From Pseudomonadota bacterium (GTDB lineage: Bacteria > Myxococcota > JACRCW01 > JAFGSX01): a stretch of DNA of 63,947 nt. The notes beneath the pieces are model-generated. The model saw nothing but the letters and a program-made list of their open reading frames with translations. It made no database searches and was not told the DNA's origin. The stretch spans positions 1 through 63,947 of the forward strand of contig JBDRCO010000086.1 of the NCBI GenBank assembly GCA_043821645.1, in the 5' to 3' direction. The translations under genes and the position numbers were made by a program. Within the stretch, counting starts at the first letter, position 1. Each line of letters opens with the position of its first letter. Of the stretch, positions 48,601 through 58,677 are shown in pieces.

Positions 48601-48869
48601 ACGGCGGCGATCTGCTGGGGCTGTTTCACTTGGCGTCGCGTGTGGCGAGCGAGGTGGCCGGGCCCATCCTGCTCACGGGCATCATGGTCGGCCTGGTCAT
48701 CGGCATCCTCCAGGCCGCGACCCAGGTGCACGAGGCCGCGGTCTCCTTCGTTCCCAAGCTCGCTCTCACGCTTGCCGTCATCGTGGCGGGGGCGCCCTTC
48801 TACCTGTCCCGTCTCGGCGACCTCTTGCGGGCAGCCATGGCCTCCCTGGCCCAGAGCGGCGGGCCGTGA
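48597..48869 (+). CDS. fliQ: FliQ
   Basis: VGLVIGILQAATQVHE..SFVPKL. Confidence 0.95.
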   Translation: MNGGDLLGLFHLASRVASEVAGPILLTGIMVGLVIGILQAATQVHEAAVSFVPKLALTLAVIVAGAPFYLSRLGDLLRAAMASLAQSGGP

Positions 48870-49645
48870 CTCCCGCCGAACTCGTCGGGCAGCCCGCGCA
48901 CCAGCTGCTCGCCCTGCACGTGTCGGTGCGCGCCTTCGCGGCCGCGGCAGCCACACCCGGGCTCGACAGCCCAGTGCTGCCCGGTGGCTCTCGCGTGGTT
49001 CTGGGGGCGGTGCTGGCGGCGGTCTTCGTCGGAGCGCTCGATCCTTCGTCCGCGCAGGCGTCCCCTCAATCGCTGGTTCTCAGTCTGGCGGGCGAACTGT
49101 GTCTGGGGGCGCTGCTGGGGCTGGCGCTGGTGCTGCCCATTCACGCGCTGCAAGGGGCAGGAGAGGTGGTGGGCTCGGCCATGGGACTCGGTTTCGCCAC
49201 GGCGGTTGATGCTGCGGTCGAGGGACAGGAAACCATGATGGCACGTCTGTACGGCGCCATCGCGGCCCTGGCCTTTCTCGGAGCTGACGGCCCCTCCGTG
49301 GTACTGCGAGCCCTTGGTCTGTCGCTGGTTCACGCCCCCCCCGGGCAGGTTCAGCTGGGGAGTTTGCTGGACCCCGTGCGCATCCTCGGCAGCCAGTTCT
49401 TCGACATCCTGGTGCGGGTGGCGGCGGCACCGGTCCTGGCGGTGCTGCTGGCCCAGCTCGTGGTTGGCCTCATAGGCCGCGCCAGCCCCGCCCTCAACGT
49501 CTTTGCCATCGGCTTCGCGATCACCCTCACCGCCGGGCTGCTGGCTGTTGGCCTGAGCATGCCAGCAACGCTGAACCTCCTCACCTCCGAGCTCTGGCGC
49601 AGCACGCGATGGCTCGAGCTGCTGCTGGCAGGATCGGTGAGATGA
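48866..49645 (+). CDS. fliR: FliR
   Basis: Multi-TM; AGEVVGSAMGLGFA; GRASPALNVFAIGF. Confidence 0.92.
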   Translation: MTPAELVGQPAHQLLALHVSVRAFAAAAATPGLDSPVLPGGSRVVLGAVLAAVFVGALDPSSAQASPQSLVLSLAGELCLGALLGLALVLPIHALQGAGEVVGSAMGLGFATAVDAAVEGQETMMARLYGAIAALAFLGADGPSVVLRALGLSLVHAPPGQVQLGSLLDPVRILGSQFFDILVRVAAAPVLAVLLAQLVVGLIGRASPALNVFAIGFAITLTAGLLAVGLSMPATLNLLTSELWRSTRWLELLLAGSVR

Positions 49646-50784
49646 GCGAGCGCGAGCAGGGCACCGAGCAGGCCACACCTCAGCGCAAGGAGCAGATGAG
49701 GCGCCGTGGCGATGTCCCGGTATCGCGCGAGGTGGCCACGGCGGGATCGGTGGCCCTGCTGGCGGCCTTCGTCTGCTACGGCTTTCCCTCGACGGGACAG
49801 GGGCTCGGGCGCCTGATGCGCGGTCAGCTCGGTGGCCTTTCCAGCGCCCTCGAGCGCGCACCAGCGAGCGAGATGTTGTCCGCCACCTGGGTGGCGGCCG
49901 AACCCGTGCTGGGCTGGCTGCTCGCGGGAAGCGTGGTCCTGGGTCTGGTTGCTTTTGCCGGGGCTTCGGCCTGCTTGTCCAGCGAACGCCTGCAACCCCA
50001 GCTCGAGCGGTTAAACCCGGTGGCCGGGTTGGGGCGCATGCTCTCCATGGACGCTCTGATCTCGGCTGTGCGCGGCATCTTGGTGGCAGGCGCCCTGCTC
50101 GCGAGCACCTCCGGCGCCCTCAACGGTTCCCAGGCATGGTTCAGCTCCAGCGCCGCGACTCCGCTGGCGCACATGCTGCGCGTCGGGCACCACCTGCTGT
50201 CCCGCAGCACCCTCAGCATCGCGATAGCCCTGGCCGCCCTGGACGTCCTGGTCGTGCGCTGGCGCTACGAGAAGCGCATCCGCATGAGCCAGGAGGACCT
50301 GCGGCAGGAGGTCAAGGACCACGAGGGGGACCCGACCATGCGCGCACGCCGCCGTCGCCGGCAGCGTGAGCTGCTCAAAGGTGCGATCGCGGTGGTGGTG
50401 CCCACGGCCAGCGTGGTGGTGGCCAACCCCACCCACGTCGCGGTGGCCCTGCGCTACCGCCAAGGATTTGACGCCGCACCGGTGGTGGTGGCCAAGGGTG
50501 TGGACGAGGTCGCGCTCAGGATTCGCAAGCTGGCAACGCAGCATGGCGTACCGGTGGTCACCCAGCGCGGGCTGGCGCGGGCCTTGCTGAGAGCTGTACC
50601 CATGGGCCAGATCATCCCCAGTCGATTCTTCCGTGCCGTGGCCGAGGTCCTGGCCTATGTGCAACGGCAGCGCCTGGCGCGCACCCGTCGTCCGCCGGCG
50701 GTGGCCTCGACCCAGGCACAGCAGCCCCGGCGCCAGCTGTCTCCAGGTTCGCTGCCTGTCCACAGCGCAGGGGGCGTCTTATGA
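49642..50784 (+). CDS. flhB: FlhB
   Basis: TEQATP..GDVPVSRE; EGDP; NPTH autocleavage site; PVVVAKG. Confidence 0.96.
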   Translation: MSEREQGTEQATPQRKEQMRRRGDVPVSREVATAGSVALLAAFVCYGFPSTGQGLGRLMRGQLGGLSSALERAPASEMLSATWVAAEPVLGWLLAGSVVLGLVAFAGASACLSSERLQPQLERLNPVAGLGRMLSMDALISAVRGILVAGALLASTSGALNGSQAWFSSSAATPLAHMLRVGHHLLSRSTLSIAIALAALDVLVVRWRYEKRIRMSQEDLRQEVKDHEGDPTMRARRRRRQRELLKGAIAVVVPTASVVVANPTHVAVALRYRQGFDAAPVVVAKGVDEVALRIRKLATQHGVPVVTQRGLARALLRAVPMGQIIPSRFFRAVAEVLAYVQRQRLARTRRPPAVASTQAQQPRRQLSPGSLPVHSAGGVL

Positions 50785-52880
50785 CGGCCTGGCGTGGCGA
50801 GGCCGTGCTGGCCCTGATCATCGTGGCTGTGCTGGCGGTGATGATCGTCCCCATGGCGCCCCCCATGCTGGACGCCCTGCTGGCGATCAGCATCTCCAGC
50901 TCGATCCTGATCCTCCTGGTGTCGTTGTCCGGCACACGTCCCCTCGAGTTCTCGGTGTTTCCAACCCTGTTGCTGGTGACCACCATCTTTCGCCTCGGCC
51001 TCAACGTCGCGTCGACGCGCCTCATCCTGCTCAACGGCGCCAGCGGAACCGGCGGCGCGGGACGGGTGGTCGGTGCCTTCGGAAACTTCGTGGTGGGCGG
51101 CAACGTGGTGGTGGGGCTGGTGGTCTTCGCCATCCTCGTCATCATCAACTTCGTCGTCATCACGCGAGGCGCAGGCCGCATCGCCGAGGTGTCCGCACGC
51201 TTCGTGCTCGACGCACTGCCTGGCAAGCAGATGAGCGTGGATGCCGAGTTGGGCTCGGGGGCGCTGAACGACATCGAGGCACGGGCGCGGCGCTCGGCGA
51301 TCGAGCAGGAGGCCGACTTCTTCGGCGCCATGGACGGCGCAAGCAAGTTCGTGCGCGGCGACGCGGTGGCGGGGCTGATCATCACCGGCATCAACATCGT
51401 CGGCGGTCTGGTGGTGGGTACCCTGCAGCACGGCATGACCCTGGCCGGGGCGGCGCGCAGCTTCACCATCCTCACCGTTGGCGACGGGCTGGTGTCGCAG
51501 ATCCCCGCGCTCCTCATTTCGACCGCGGCCGGTGCCGTCGTCACCCGTGCCTCCACCGGCAACGCCCTCGCGCCGACCCTTGGCCAGCAGGTGTTTGGTG
51601 ATGCCGCGCGCCTGCGCATGGCAGCAGCGGCGGCGGTCGTGATCGGGCTAGTGCCAGGCATGCCCCTGATCCTGTTCGTCGGGGTGGCGGGCGTGTTCCT
51701 GTTGCTCGCCAGGCGTGCCTCGAAGCACGCGGCCGGCGCCCGAGCTCCGGCGGCACCCACCCCGACCCACGCCGAAGGCTCGGTCGAAGAGGCCCTGGAA
51801 CTGGATCGCCTGCAACTCGAGGTGGGCTACGCGCTGGTCGAGCTGGTGGATGCTAGCAAGGGAGGAGAGATCCTGCGCCGACTGCAGGCGGTGCGACACC
51901 AGATCGCCACCGAGCTCGGCCTGATCTTGCCCTCGGTGCATGTGCGCGACGACCTGACGCTGGCCCCCGGCGGATACCGCATCCTGCTCACAGGTCAACC
52001 CGTCGCCAGTGGCGAGCTGCGCAAGGGCGAGCTGCTGGCCATGACTACGGGCGAGGACACGCTGCTGCAGCAAATCCCAGGTGTCGACACCCACGACCCA
52101 GCCTTTGGCCTGACCAGTCGCTGGATCTCGCGCCAGAGCCAGACCCTGGCCGAGCAGCTCGGCCTCGCCACCGTCGATGCGGCGACCGTCCTTGCCACGC
52201 ATTTCTCCGAGGTGGTGCGGCAGCACGCGGCCGAACTACTGGGGCGACAGGAGGTGCATCGGCTGATCGAGCACCTGCAGGCCAGCGTACCCAAGCTGGT
52301 CGAGGATCTCGTCCCAGGTCAGCTCAGTGTTGGTGATGTGCATGCGGTTCTGCGGGGCCTGCTGCGCGAGGGGGTGTCCATCCGCGACCTGCAGACCATC
52401 TTCGAGGCTCTGGCAGAGTGGAGCCCCAAGGCGACGACGACGCGTGAGCGCATCGAGGGTGTGCGCAGGGCCCTGGCGCGCCAGATCTGCACCCCGCTGT
52501 TGCAGCCGGGAGGCGCCATCTGGGCCTACTTCCTGGATCGCCGCACCGAGCAGAGCCTGCGCGACAGTCTCCTGGTGGTCGACGGAGATCCGGCGCTGGC
52601 GCCAGATCTTGGTGCGGCGCGCCGCCTGCTCGTCAGCGTCGAGCGCGCGCTGTCCGAGTTCGAGCGGCGCGACCTGATGCCCGTGCTGGTGGTGGCCGCC
52701 GACCTGCGTTGCCCGCTGCGGGACCTGATTCATCGCTTCCTCAAGGGTGTCACCGTACTGTCCCACCGCGAGCTGCCACGCCATGCCGAGCTCCGTGCCC
52801 TGGGCGTGCTCGGTGAAGACGCAACTCCTCCCGGCTCTGTGCCCATCGCAGCCACGAGCGAGGTTCTCCCATGCGCATGA
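50781..52880 (+). CDS. flhA: FlhA
   Basis: FSVFPTLLL..LNVASTR; RIAEVSARFVLDALPGKQM; GAMDGASKFVRGD. Confidence 0.98.
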   Translation: MTAWRGEAVLALIIVAVLAVMIVPMAPPMLDALLAISISSSILILLVSLSGTRPLEFSVFPTLLLVTTIFRLGLNVASTRLILLNGASGTGGAGRVVGAFGNFVVGGNVVVGLVVFAILVIINFVVITRGAGRIAEVSARFVLDALPGKQMSVDAELGSGALNDIEARARRSAIEQEADFFGAMDGASKFVRGDAVAGLIITGINIVGGLVVGTLQHGMTLAGAARSFTILTVGDGLVSQIPALLISTAAGAVVTRASTGNALAPTLGQQVFGDAARLRMAAAAAVVIGLVPGMPLILFVGVAGVFLLLARRASKHAAGARAPAAPTPTHAEGSVEEALELDRLQLEVGYALVELVDASKGGEILRRLQAVRHQIATELGLILPSVHVRDDLTLAPGGYRILLTGQPVASGELRKGELLAMTTGEDTLLQQIPGVDTHDPAFGLTSRWISRQSQTLAEQLGLATVDAATVLATHFSEVVRQHAAELLGRQEVHRLIEHLQASVPKLVEDLVPGQLSVGDVHAVLRGLLREGVSIRDLQTIFEALAEWSPKATTTRERIEGVRRALARQICTPLLQPGGAIWAYFLDRRTEQSLRDSLLVVDGDPALAPDLGAARRLLVSVERALSEFERRDLMPVLVVAADLRCPLRDLIHRFLKGVTVLSHRELPRHAELRALGVLGEDATPPGSVPIAATSEVLPCA

Positions 52881-53854
52881 AGCAGATCGAGGCCTCCACG
52901 CTCAAGGAGGCCCTGGCCCAGGCTCACCGGGAACTCGGTCCCAGCGCCGTCCTGCTGGCAACCCAGGAAGTACCTCCGCTCTCCAAGCTGGGCCTGGGGA
53001 GACCTCGGGTTCGCATCACCGTGTCCATCGACGAGCCAGCCGATCGCTTCGGCAAGCCCTACCTGGATACCTCCCTGCACCGCGCAGCGGAGAGACTGGA
53101 CCGCGCCCTGCAGCACCCCGAGAGTCCAGCCGAGGAGGCTCGCCACCAGGTGGCGCGGCAGGCCCTGCGCGCACCGCAGGCGCTCAAGGGCGCACAGCTG
53201 CGGGAGCTGCTGTCGCGCCTTCATGTTTTGCCTCCTCCGTGGCGCAAGGATGGACCTCGCGTCGTGCTGGTGGTTGGCGCCAGCGGCGTTGGCAAGACGG
53301 TGACGTCGGCCAAGCTGGCAGCACATGCGCGCCACTTCCACCGCTGCAGTTCCGGGCTGATCAGCGCCGACGCAGTTCGCATCGCAGGCCATGACCAGCT
53401 GTCGAGCTACGCCCGGATCCTCAACATCCCGTTCAGTGCGGTCGAGACGTCTGCCGAGCTGGAGCGTGCGCTGCACCAGCTACGGAGCTGCCGGCTCATC
53501 ATCGTCGACACTGCGGGCTGCAACCCGATGGTCGCCTCGGAACTCGGTGAGGCTGTGCAGCTCCAGAACGCCCTGCGATCCCGGGCCCAGGTCGAGACCC
53601 ACCTGGTCATCTCGGCGACCCAGGGCAGCGACGACCAACTCGCCTGCTGCGATGCCTTCGTCCAGGCTCGAGCGGTCGATGCCCTGCTGTTCACCAAGAT
53701 CGATGAGACCCGGCAGCCCGCGCAGGTCGTGCACACCGCCGTCCGCTCGGGCTTGCCGGTGAGCTTGCTGTCCGCCAGCAGTCAGGTGCTGGGGCGCCTG
53801 CAGGCCGCCCAACCCGAGTTTCTTGCTCGTCTATCCATGCACGATGCCGCCTGA
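52871..53854 (+). CDS. flhF: SRP-family GTPase FlhF
   Basis: ELGPSAV; GASGVGKT; VDTAG; TKIDE; between flhA and flhG. Confidence 0.92.
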   Translation: MRMKQIEASTLKEALAQAHRELGPSAVLLATQEVPPLSKLGLGRPRVRITVSIDEPADRFGKPYLDTSLHRAAERLDRALQHPESPAEEARHQVARQALRAPQALKGAQLRELLSRLHVLPPPWRKDGPRVVLVVGASGVGKTVTSAKLAAHARHFHRCSSGLISADAVRIAGHDQLSSYARILNIPFSAVETSAELERALHQLRSCRLIIVDTAGCNPMVASELGEAVQLQNALRSRAQVETHLVISATQGSDDQLACCDAFVQARAVDALLFTKIDETRQPAQVVHTAVRSGLPVSLLSASSQVLGRLQAAQPEFLARLSMHDAA

Positions 53855-53867
53855 AGGAGTGGTCCCT

Positions 53868-54704
53868 ATGAGCGTGCCGAACTCCATGACACCGCGATCC
53901 TCCGACCTGCGAGTGCTGGCCATCGCCAGCGGAAAGGGTGGTGTGGGCAAGACCATGCTCAGCTCCAACCTGGCCTGGGCGCTGGGCAGCATGGATAAAA
54001 AGGTCCTGATCGTCGATGCCGACCTGGGCCTTGCAAACGTCGACATCGTGCTCGGGCTAGCTCCGGCGTATCACATCGGGCACCTGCTCAGTGGTCAGCG
54101 TAGCCTGGACGAGGTTCTGGTCACCGCAGCCCCCAACGTGATGGTGCTGCCGGCAGCCAGCGGTATCGCCGAGCTGGCCGAGATGAGCGACGCGCACAAG
54201 CTGGCCTTCCTGTCCGTGCTCGACGAACTCGAGCGCCGCTTCGACTTCATCATCATCGACAACGCCGCGGGTATTGGCAAAAACGTCATTTACTTCACTG
54301 GCGCCGGGCAGGAGGTGCTGATCGTCATCACCCTCGAACCGACCTCGATCACGGATGCCTACGCTGCCATCAAGATCCTTTCACAGAACGCCGGCATCAC
54401 CCGCTTCGATCTGGTCGTCAACATGGTGGCAAGCCTCCAGGAGGCCGAGGATGTCTTTGCCCGGCTCACCACCGTGGCATCGCGCTTCCTCGATGTGCAG
54501 ATCCGACTGCTGGGGTCCATTCAGCGGGACCAGAGCACCTCACGGGCGGTGCTCGCGCAGCAACCCCTGCTTTCACTGTTCCCACAGTCGCCCGCCAGCC
54601 GCTGCGTGCGGCGTATCGCCGAGACTCTCGCGGCGCGTACCCCCGAGCACCTGGTTGGTCGGTCCAGCGTCACACATCCCCGGATGCCCGGGGTGGCACT
54701 GTGA
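53868..54704 (+). CDS. flhG: MinD-like ATPase FlhG/FleN
   Basis: IASGKGGVGKT; DADLGLANVD; EPTSITDAYA. Confidence 0.95.
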   Translation: MSVPNSMTPRSSDLRVLAIASGKGGVGKTMLSSNLAWALGSMDKKVLIVDADLGLANVDIVLGLAPAYHIGHLLSGQRSLDEVLVTAAPNVMVLPAASGIAELAEMSDAHKLAFLSVLDELERRFDFIIIDNAAGIGKNVIYFTGAGQEVLIVITLEPTSITDAYAAIKILSQNAGITRFDLVVNMVASLQEAEDVFARLTTVASRFLDVQIRLLGSIQRDQSTSRAVLAQQPLLSLFPQSPASRCVRRIAETLAARTPEHLVGRSSVTHPRMPGVAL

Positions 54705-55459
54705 GTGGAGCCCTGCCCTGCACCTGCGAGCGCACGCGCCAGATGGAGTCCCTGGTGCCCGTGCTGCGCGCGGTGGCGCGGGCCATCGTGCGCCGCCTGC
54801 CGGCGAGCGTGCAGCTCGATGATCTGGTGGCGGCGGGCGCCATCGGGCTGATCCAGGCAGTGGACAGTTTTGATCCCATGCGTGGAGCCAGCCTGGAGAC
54901 CTACGCACGCGCGCGCATACGGGGCGCCATCCTTGACGAACTCCGGCGCTCGGATATCGTGCCGCGTCGGCTCCGCGACAAGATGAACCGAATTGCCCGG
55001 GAGAGGGCGCGCATCGTCCACGAAGGTGGCGAGGATACCGACGAGGCCATCGCGGCCGCAGTGGGGTGCACCCCGGTCGAGGTCCACGACCTCGATGCCA
55101 CGGTGGCCGGCTCGGGTGTGCTGGCCTTTGTCGACTTCGAGGTCGTGGCGTCTCCGCTGCCCGGAGCTGAGCATGTGCTGGGGCGACGACAGCTCGAGCA
55201 GGCGCTTCGCCAGGCTGTGGCCCAACTCCCTGACCGCGAGAAGCAGGTGCTCAGCCTGTACTACGATCGACAGCTCACCTATCAGCAGATCGGTCAGATC
55301 TTCGGGGTCACCGAATCCCGCGTCTGCCAGATTCACCGCGCCGCGACCCGGCGACTGCGCGTCATGCTGAGCACCTGGGAAAATGAGCGGCCGACTCCTG
55401 TGGATACGGGGCATAGAACAGCCGATGCAGGCATCAGCGTACTCAACCGGCCGGGCTGA
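54701..55459 (+). CDS. fliA: Sigma28 factor FliA
   Basis: RLPASVQLDDL..GL..RIRGAILDELR; LSLYY..IGQIFGVTESRVCQIH. Confidence 0.96.
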   Translation: MSGALPCTCERTRQMESLVPVLRAVARAIVRRLPASVQLDDLVAAGAIGLIQAVDSFDPMRGASLETYARARIRGAILDELRRSDIVPRRLRDKMNRIARERARIVHEGGEDTDEAIAAAVGCTPVEVHDLDATVAGSGVLAFVDFEVVASPLPGAEHVLGRRQLEQALRQAVAQLPDREKQVLSLYYDRQLTYQQIGQIFGVTESRVCQIHRAATRRLRVMLSTWENERPTPVDTGHRTADAGISVLNRPG

Positions 55460-55719
55460 TATGCATGGCCGTGGTGCCACGCAGGAGACAACGTTGAGCC
55501 CCTGTCGGAAGCAACCGCGTCATCTGGCGCAGCCAGAGACGCCGCGAGTCCATTCGGAATCTGTGCCTGCGGACTGACGGCACAGAAGTGCCTGCGCGAA
55601 ATCCAATGAACCGGTTCTTGGGACGATATTTCTTGAGCGCCAGTCCCGTACCGTGAGCACTCCTCACGCGTCCTTTTCCCATCGTGACCCGACTGCAAAC
55701 GATTGCACTTGCTTCCGAT

Positions 55720-55865
55720 GACTTGCCTTCCATGTGACGGGGCAACCTGCTCCCTCCGTTACGGTCGACTTGCCCTCCAGCTGATTGGACTTGTCGCTCA
55801 CCTTCTTGACCGACTTTCCTTGCCCAGAAATGATGACTTGCCTGGCAAGGGTCTCATGACTTGCC
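55720..55865. repeat. Periodic GACTTGCC-core array (7 copies, 21-24 bp period), iteron-like
   Basis: Cores at 55720, 55744 (degenerate), 55767, 55788, 55812, 55835, 55858. Confidence 0.7.
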
Positions 55866-56310
55866 CAGCATCCGCGAGGTTCCTTTCTTCGCTCCTCGAT
55901 CGGTAGGCACGCCGCGGTCACTGCCATGTCGGAGGTCCTCGGTCACGGGGAGCAAATCACCGGCGTCTGCATACAACGAAAAAACTGTGTTGCACGTCGT
56001 CAGACGCCCACCAGAAGGTGTGCCGAACCCTCGCCTTCGGCTCAGGTGCTCGCTTCGCGTGCCGGCGCGGATTGACCTGCGGTCCATCCGCCACTTCTGG
56101 AGCGACAAGGTCGCTGGGCGTCTGACAGGCCGAGGCGGCCTCTCAGGTCAGAGGAGAGAGGGGGCCTTGCCCCCTTCGACTTTCAGTCTCATCCCCCATC
56201 GTCTGCGAGTGGCGTCCAGGTCACCAAGAACAGTAGGGCGCTACTCAGCCCCACTGGCCCGTCCCGGTTGGTATCCACCGTCGGCCGGGCGGCTTGCAGC
56301 TTCCGGTGGT

Positions 56311-57180
56311 CTAGATTGCAGCGGGTACGAGGCGCGTCTGCGGCAGGGTGTCGGCGAACGGGTCATCTGGCTGGCTGGCCTTGACGAGCTTGAGAATGCC
56401 CACGGTCCCGAACCAGCTGGGCCGGAGCGGTGTGGAGCGGGGATCGCCCAGCAGGGCCTTCAGGATACGACCAGCCCGTGGGCTGTAGCTCCAGCGCTCG
56501 GCCCCTGCATCGTACACCGAGCCGTCGTCCGCTGGGCGAAACAGGTAGCCCACGCGCGCGGCGTCTCCTGTGGGCCGAGGCACCCAGGAGAGGATAACCT
56601 TCTCGGGCTGGCTCGGGTCATCGACCAGGTAGATGTACCCCCGACGACGACCATCCGACTTGCGGCGGTAGAGGATGTCGTAGGGCAGGATGCCCACTTC
56701 AGGGAGTTCGATCCCGGTGGCCTCACGCAGGTAGCGTCGGGCGCGTACGCTCTGATCGCAGTGGAGAGTTGCATGGTGGTGGGCGAAGCGGCGTAGCTCA
56801 GCCCGCTGCCAGGCGCGCTGAACAGCGGCGACCAGAGAGGGACTGCTGGTGAGCTGGACAGGTGCGGCGGGCCCACGGAACTGGTTGCTCGACTGGACCG
56901 GCCGGAACCAGGCAGAGCGGGTGGCGCCAACGGCACGGAAATAGAGCCTGGAGATCACCCCCCGACGCTGCAGGGTGCCAAGCTTGAATCGCGTGTTGCG
57001 CAGGCTTCCGGAGCTCCTTGGTTCGATGCGGCGATGCTGATGGGGGTTCCAGTTGCGACAAGGTCTGGCCTGGGTCGAGAAGTACAGCGCGTGGAGTTGC
57101 TCGGTGGTGGCGAAGCCCAGCTCGTCGAGCAGGTCGAGCAGGGGTTGGTAGCTACTGAGCAGTGATCCGAGCTTGTACAT
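56311..57180 (-). CDS. Replication-relaxation (Replic_Relax)-like protein
   Basis: N-terminal winged-helix pattern LLDELGFATTEQLHALYF..RFKLGTLQRRGVISR; mobile-element context. Confidence 0.55.
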   Translation of the reverse strand: MYKLGSLLSSYQPLLDLLDELGFATTEQLHALYFSTQARPCRNWNPHQHRRIEPRSSGSLRNTRFKLGTLQRRGVISRLYFRAVGATRSAWFRPVQSSNQFRGPAAPVQLTSSPSLVAAVQRAWQRAELRRFAHHHATLHCDQSVRARRYLREATGIELPEVGILPYDILYRRKSDGRRRGYIYLVDDPSQPEKVILSWVPRPTGDAARVGYLFRPADDGSVYDAGAERWSYSPRAGRILKALLGDPRSTPLRPSWFGTVGILKLVKASQPDDPFADTLPQTRLVPAAI

Positions 57181-57440
57181 GCTGGCTCCTTACATGGCCC
57201 GGAGCATCGCTGCCCCGTTGCAGTAGATCGGAAGATCCTGGAAACAGGGGCCGAGGTTGAACGGGCTGTTCATGCACAGACCGATCTGGGTTTGAGGGAA
57301 TGTTCGTCGTGCCTTGTTCGAACGTCTGCTTCGTCGCAGGACGATCGCGCTCTCGCGGGTGCACCCCGGTCCTTCCTCCTTCCCGGCGGCCCTTCTTCTT
57401 TTCATCCGGTCTTGCCCAGCCCCCATGCTCGCCTCGCCCT

Positions 57441-57495
57441 CCTTGCCTTGTCCTTGCCTTGTCCTTGCCTTGTCCTCGCCTTGTCTTCGCCTCGT
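57441..57495. repeat. 11-bp tandem repeat (CCTTGCCTTGT) x5
   Basis: Three perfect and two near-perfect copies. Confidence 0.9.
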
Positions 57496-57687
57496 GCGCG
57501 TCATGACCCCATCGAGAGTCGGTGCATGGTCGAGCTGTTGCGACGAGGCTCACTACTGTTATGAGCGGTATCGAGCCTCGGCACATCCCATTCCGCTGAA
57601 CCCGTAGAGCCCACGACTGTCGTAGCGAGAGTCGAGGCGACGGTTCGTGTTGACTTCAAGGCCCTGCCGGTGAAACCGACCTGGCTG

Positions 57688-58110
57688 CTAGCGGCCAGGT
57701 CTGCGCTCGAACCTCGGGGCGTACTCGCCGCTGCTGCAATCACCGCTCGCCAGTCTTCTGATCTCGTCGGCCGGGATGCGCTTGCGGCCGCCGATCTGCA
57801 CCGTGCGGATCGCCTCGGAGTTGATCAACTTGTACAGGGAGCTCCTGGACTTGTAGCCAAGCTGCTCGGCCGCCTGGTCGATCGTGAGCAGAGCCGGTAA
57901 CCGATCTACATTATTTTGTATATCATAGGAATGTTGATTTGAGGCTCCTCTGGCGTTCAGCAGGACGGATGGGTCAGCCTCTTCCAGCCGTTCCCCGAAC
58001 ACCTTGACCATTCGCCTTATTTCTGGATATTGTAGATATTCTAAAGTATTACGTGCCCTCCTTGGTGCTTTTTTCGGCGCATCGCAGCGAGCAGCAATGT
58101 CCATAGACAT
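57688..58110 (-). CDS. Excisionase-like HTH (HTH_17 type) DNA-binding protein
   Basis: C-terminal LLTIDQAAEQLG..SRSSLYKLI..IRTVQIGGRKRIP; start uncertain. Confidence 0.75.
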   Translation of the reverse strand: MSMDIAARCDAPKKAPRRARNTLEYLQYPEIRRMVKVFGERLEEADPSVLLNARGASNQHSYDIQNNVDRLPALLTIDQAAEQLGYKSRSSLYKLINSEAIRTVQIGGRKRIPADEIRRLASGDCSSGEYAPRFERRPGR

Positions 58111-58131
58111 GTATTTTCCTCCCGTTTTCTC

Positions 58132-58183
58132 TTGACGTATATTTAATTTGTTCAGTATAACAGTTTTATGTCTATCAAGTCAA
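58132..58183. promoter_or_regulatory. Overlapping divergent sigma70 promoters in AT-rich switch region
   Basis: Plus strand TTGACG-N18-TATAAC (58132-58161); minus strand TTGACT-N18-TATACT (58183-58154). Confidence 0.7.
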
Positions 58184-58677
58184 ACACAATGTCACAGTCT
58201 TCTCCCAATTCAGCGACCGAGACGCTCCAGGGTGGTGTCTCCAAGGATGCGAGCCAGATCGGCCAGCGCATCCGGGAGGCGAGAAAGACGCTTGGCCTGA
58301 ACCAGCGAGATTTCTCGGCTCGCATCGGAAAGCACTACAACACCGTGGCAGCCTGGGAAGCGGGGTCGAGCCTACCGGACCTGAGCGTGGGCAAGGCCCT
58401 CGCACGGGAGCTCGGCGTGCCCTTTCTGTGGCTGGCAACGGGTGAGGGGGACCCCGCGTCGAAGGACGACCCGATTCCGCGCCCGCTGGATCTCAAGCTG
58501 TTCACGGACACGATGCGCGTGTTTGTCCACGAGGAAGACGCCCAGGGCAGCGCGCTCGATGCCGAGAAGGCCTGGCAGGTTTTCTTGACGCTCTGCAAGC
58601 TGACGCTCGCCATCGGCCGGACGCCAGAACCGGACCTCGTCTCTCAGATCTTCAAGCTCTCCGGCAATCAAGGATAG
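58168..58677 (+). CDS. XRE-family HTH repressor
   Basis: IGQRIREARKTLGLNQRDFSARIG..TVAAWEAG..P..LARELGVPFLWLATGEG. Confidence 0.9.
   Translation: MSIKSNTMSQSSPNSATETLQGGVSKDASQIGQRIREARKTLGLNQRDFSARIGKHYNTVAAWEAGSSLPDLSVGKALARELGVPFLWLATGEGDPASKDDPIPRPLDLKLFTDTMRVFVHEEDAQGSALDAEKAWQVFLTLCKLTLAIGRTPEPDLVSQIFKLSGNQG

Noticed and set aside
55500-55570. 3' half of tRNA-Sec (left att) near TGTCGGAAGC
   Set aside because: No full GGAAGCGC match, no T-arm and no TTTGAAG loop adjacent
55720-55865. CRISPR array
   Set aside because: Core only 8 bp, spacers 13-16 bp, no cas genes; kept as an iteron-like array
55861-56796. 311 aa plus-strand ORF
   Set aside because: TTG start, no motifs, mostly antisense to the Rep-like gene
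57190-57586. Small ORFs spanning the 11-bp repeat
   Set aside because: Translations are repeat-derived and non-triplet; no coding signal I can support
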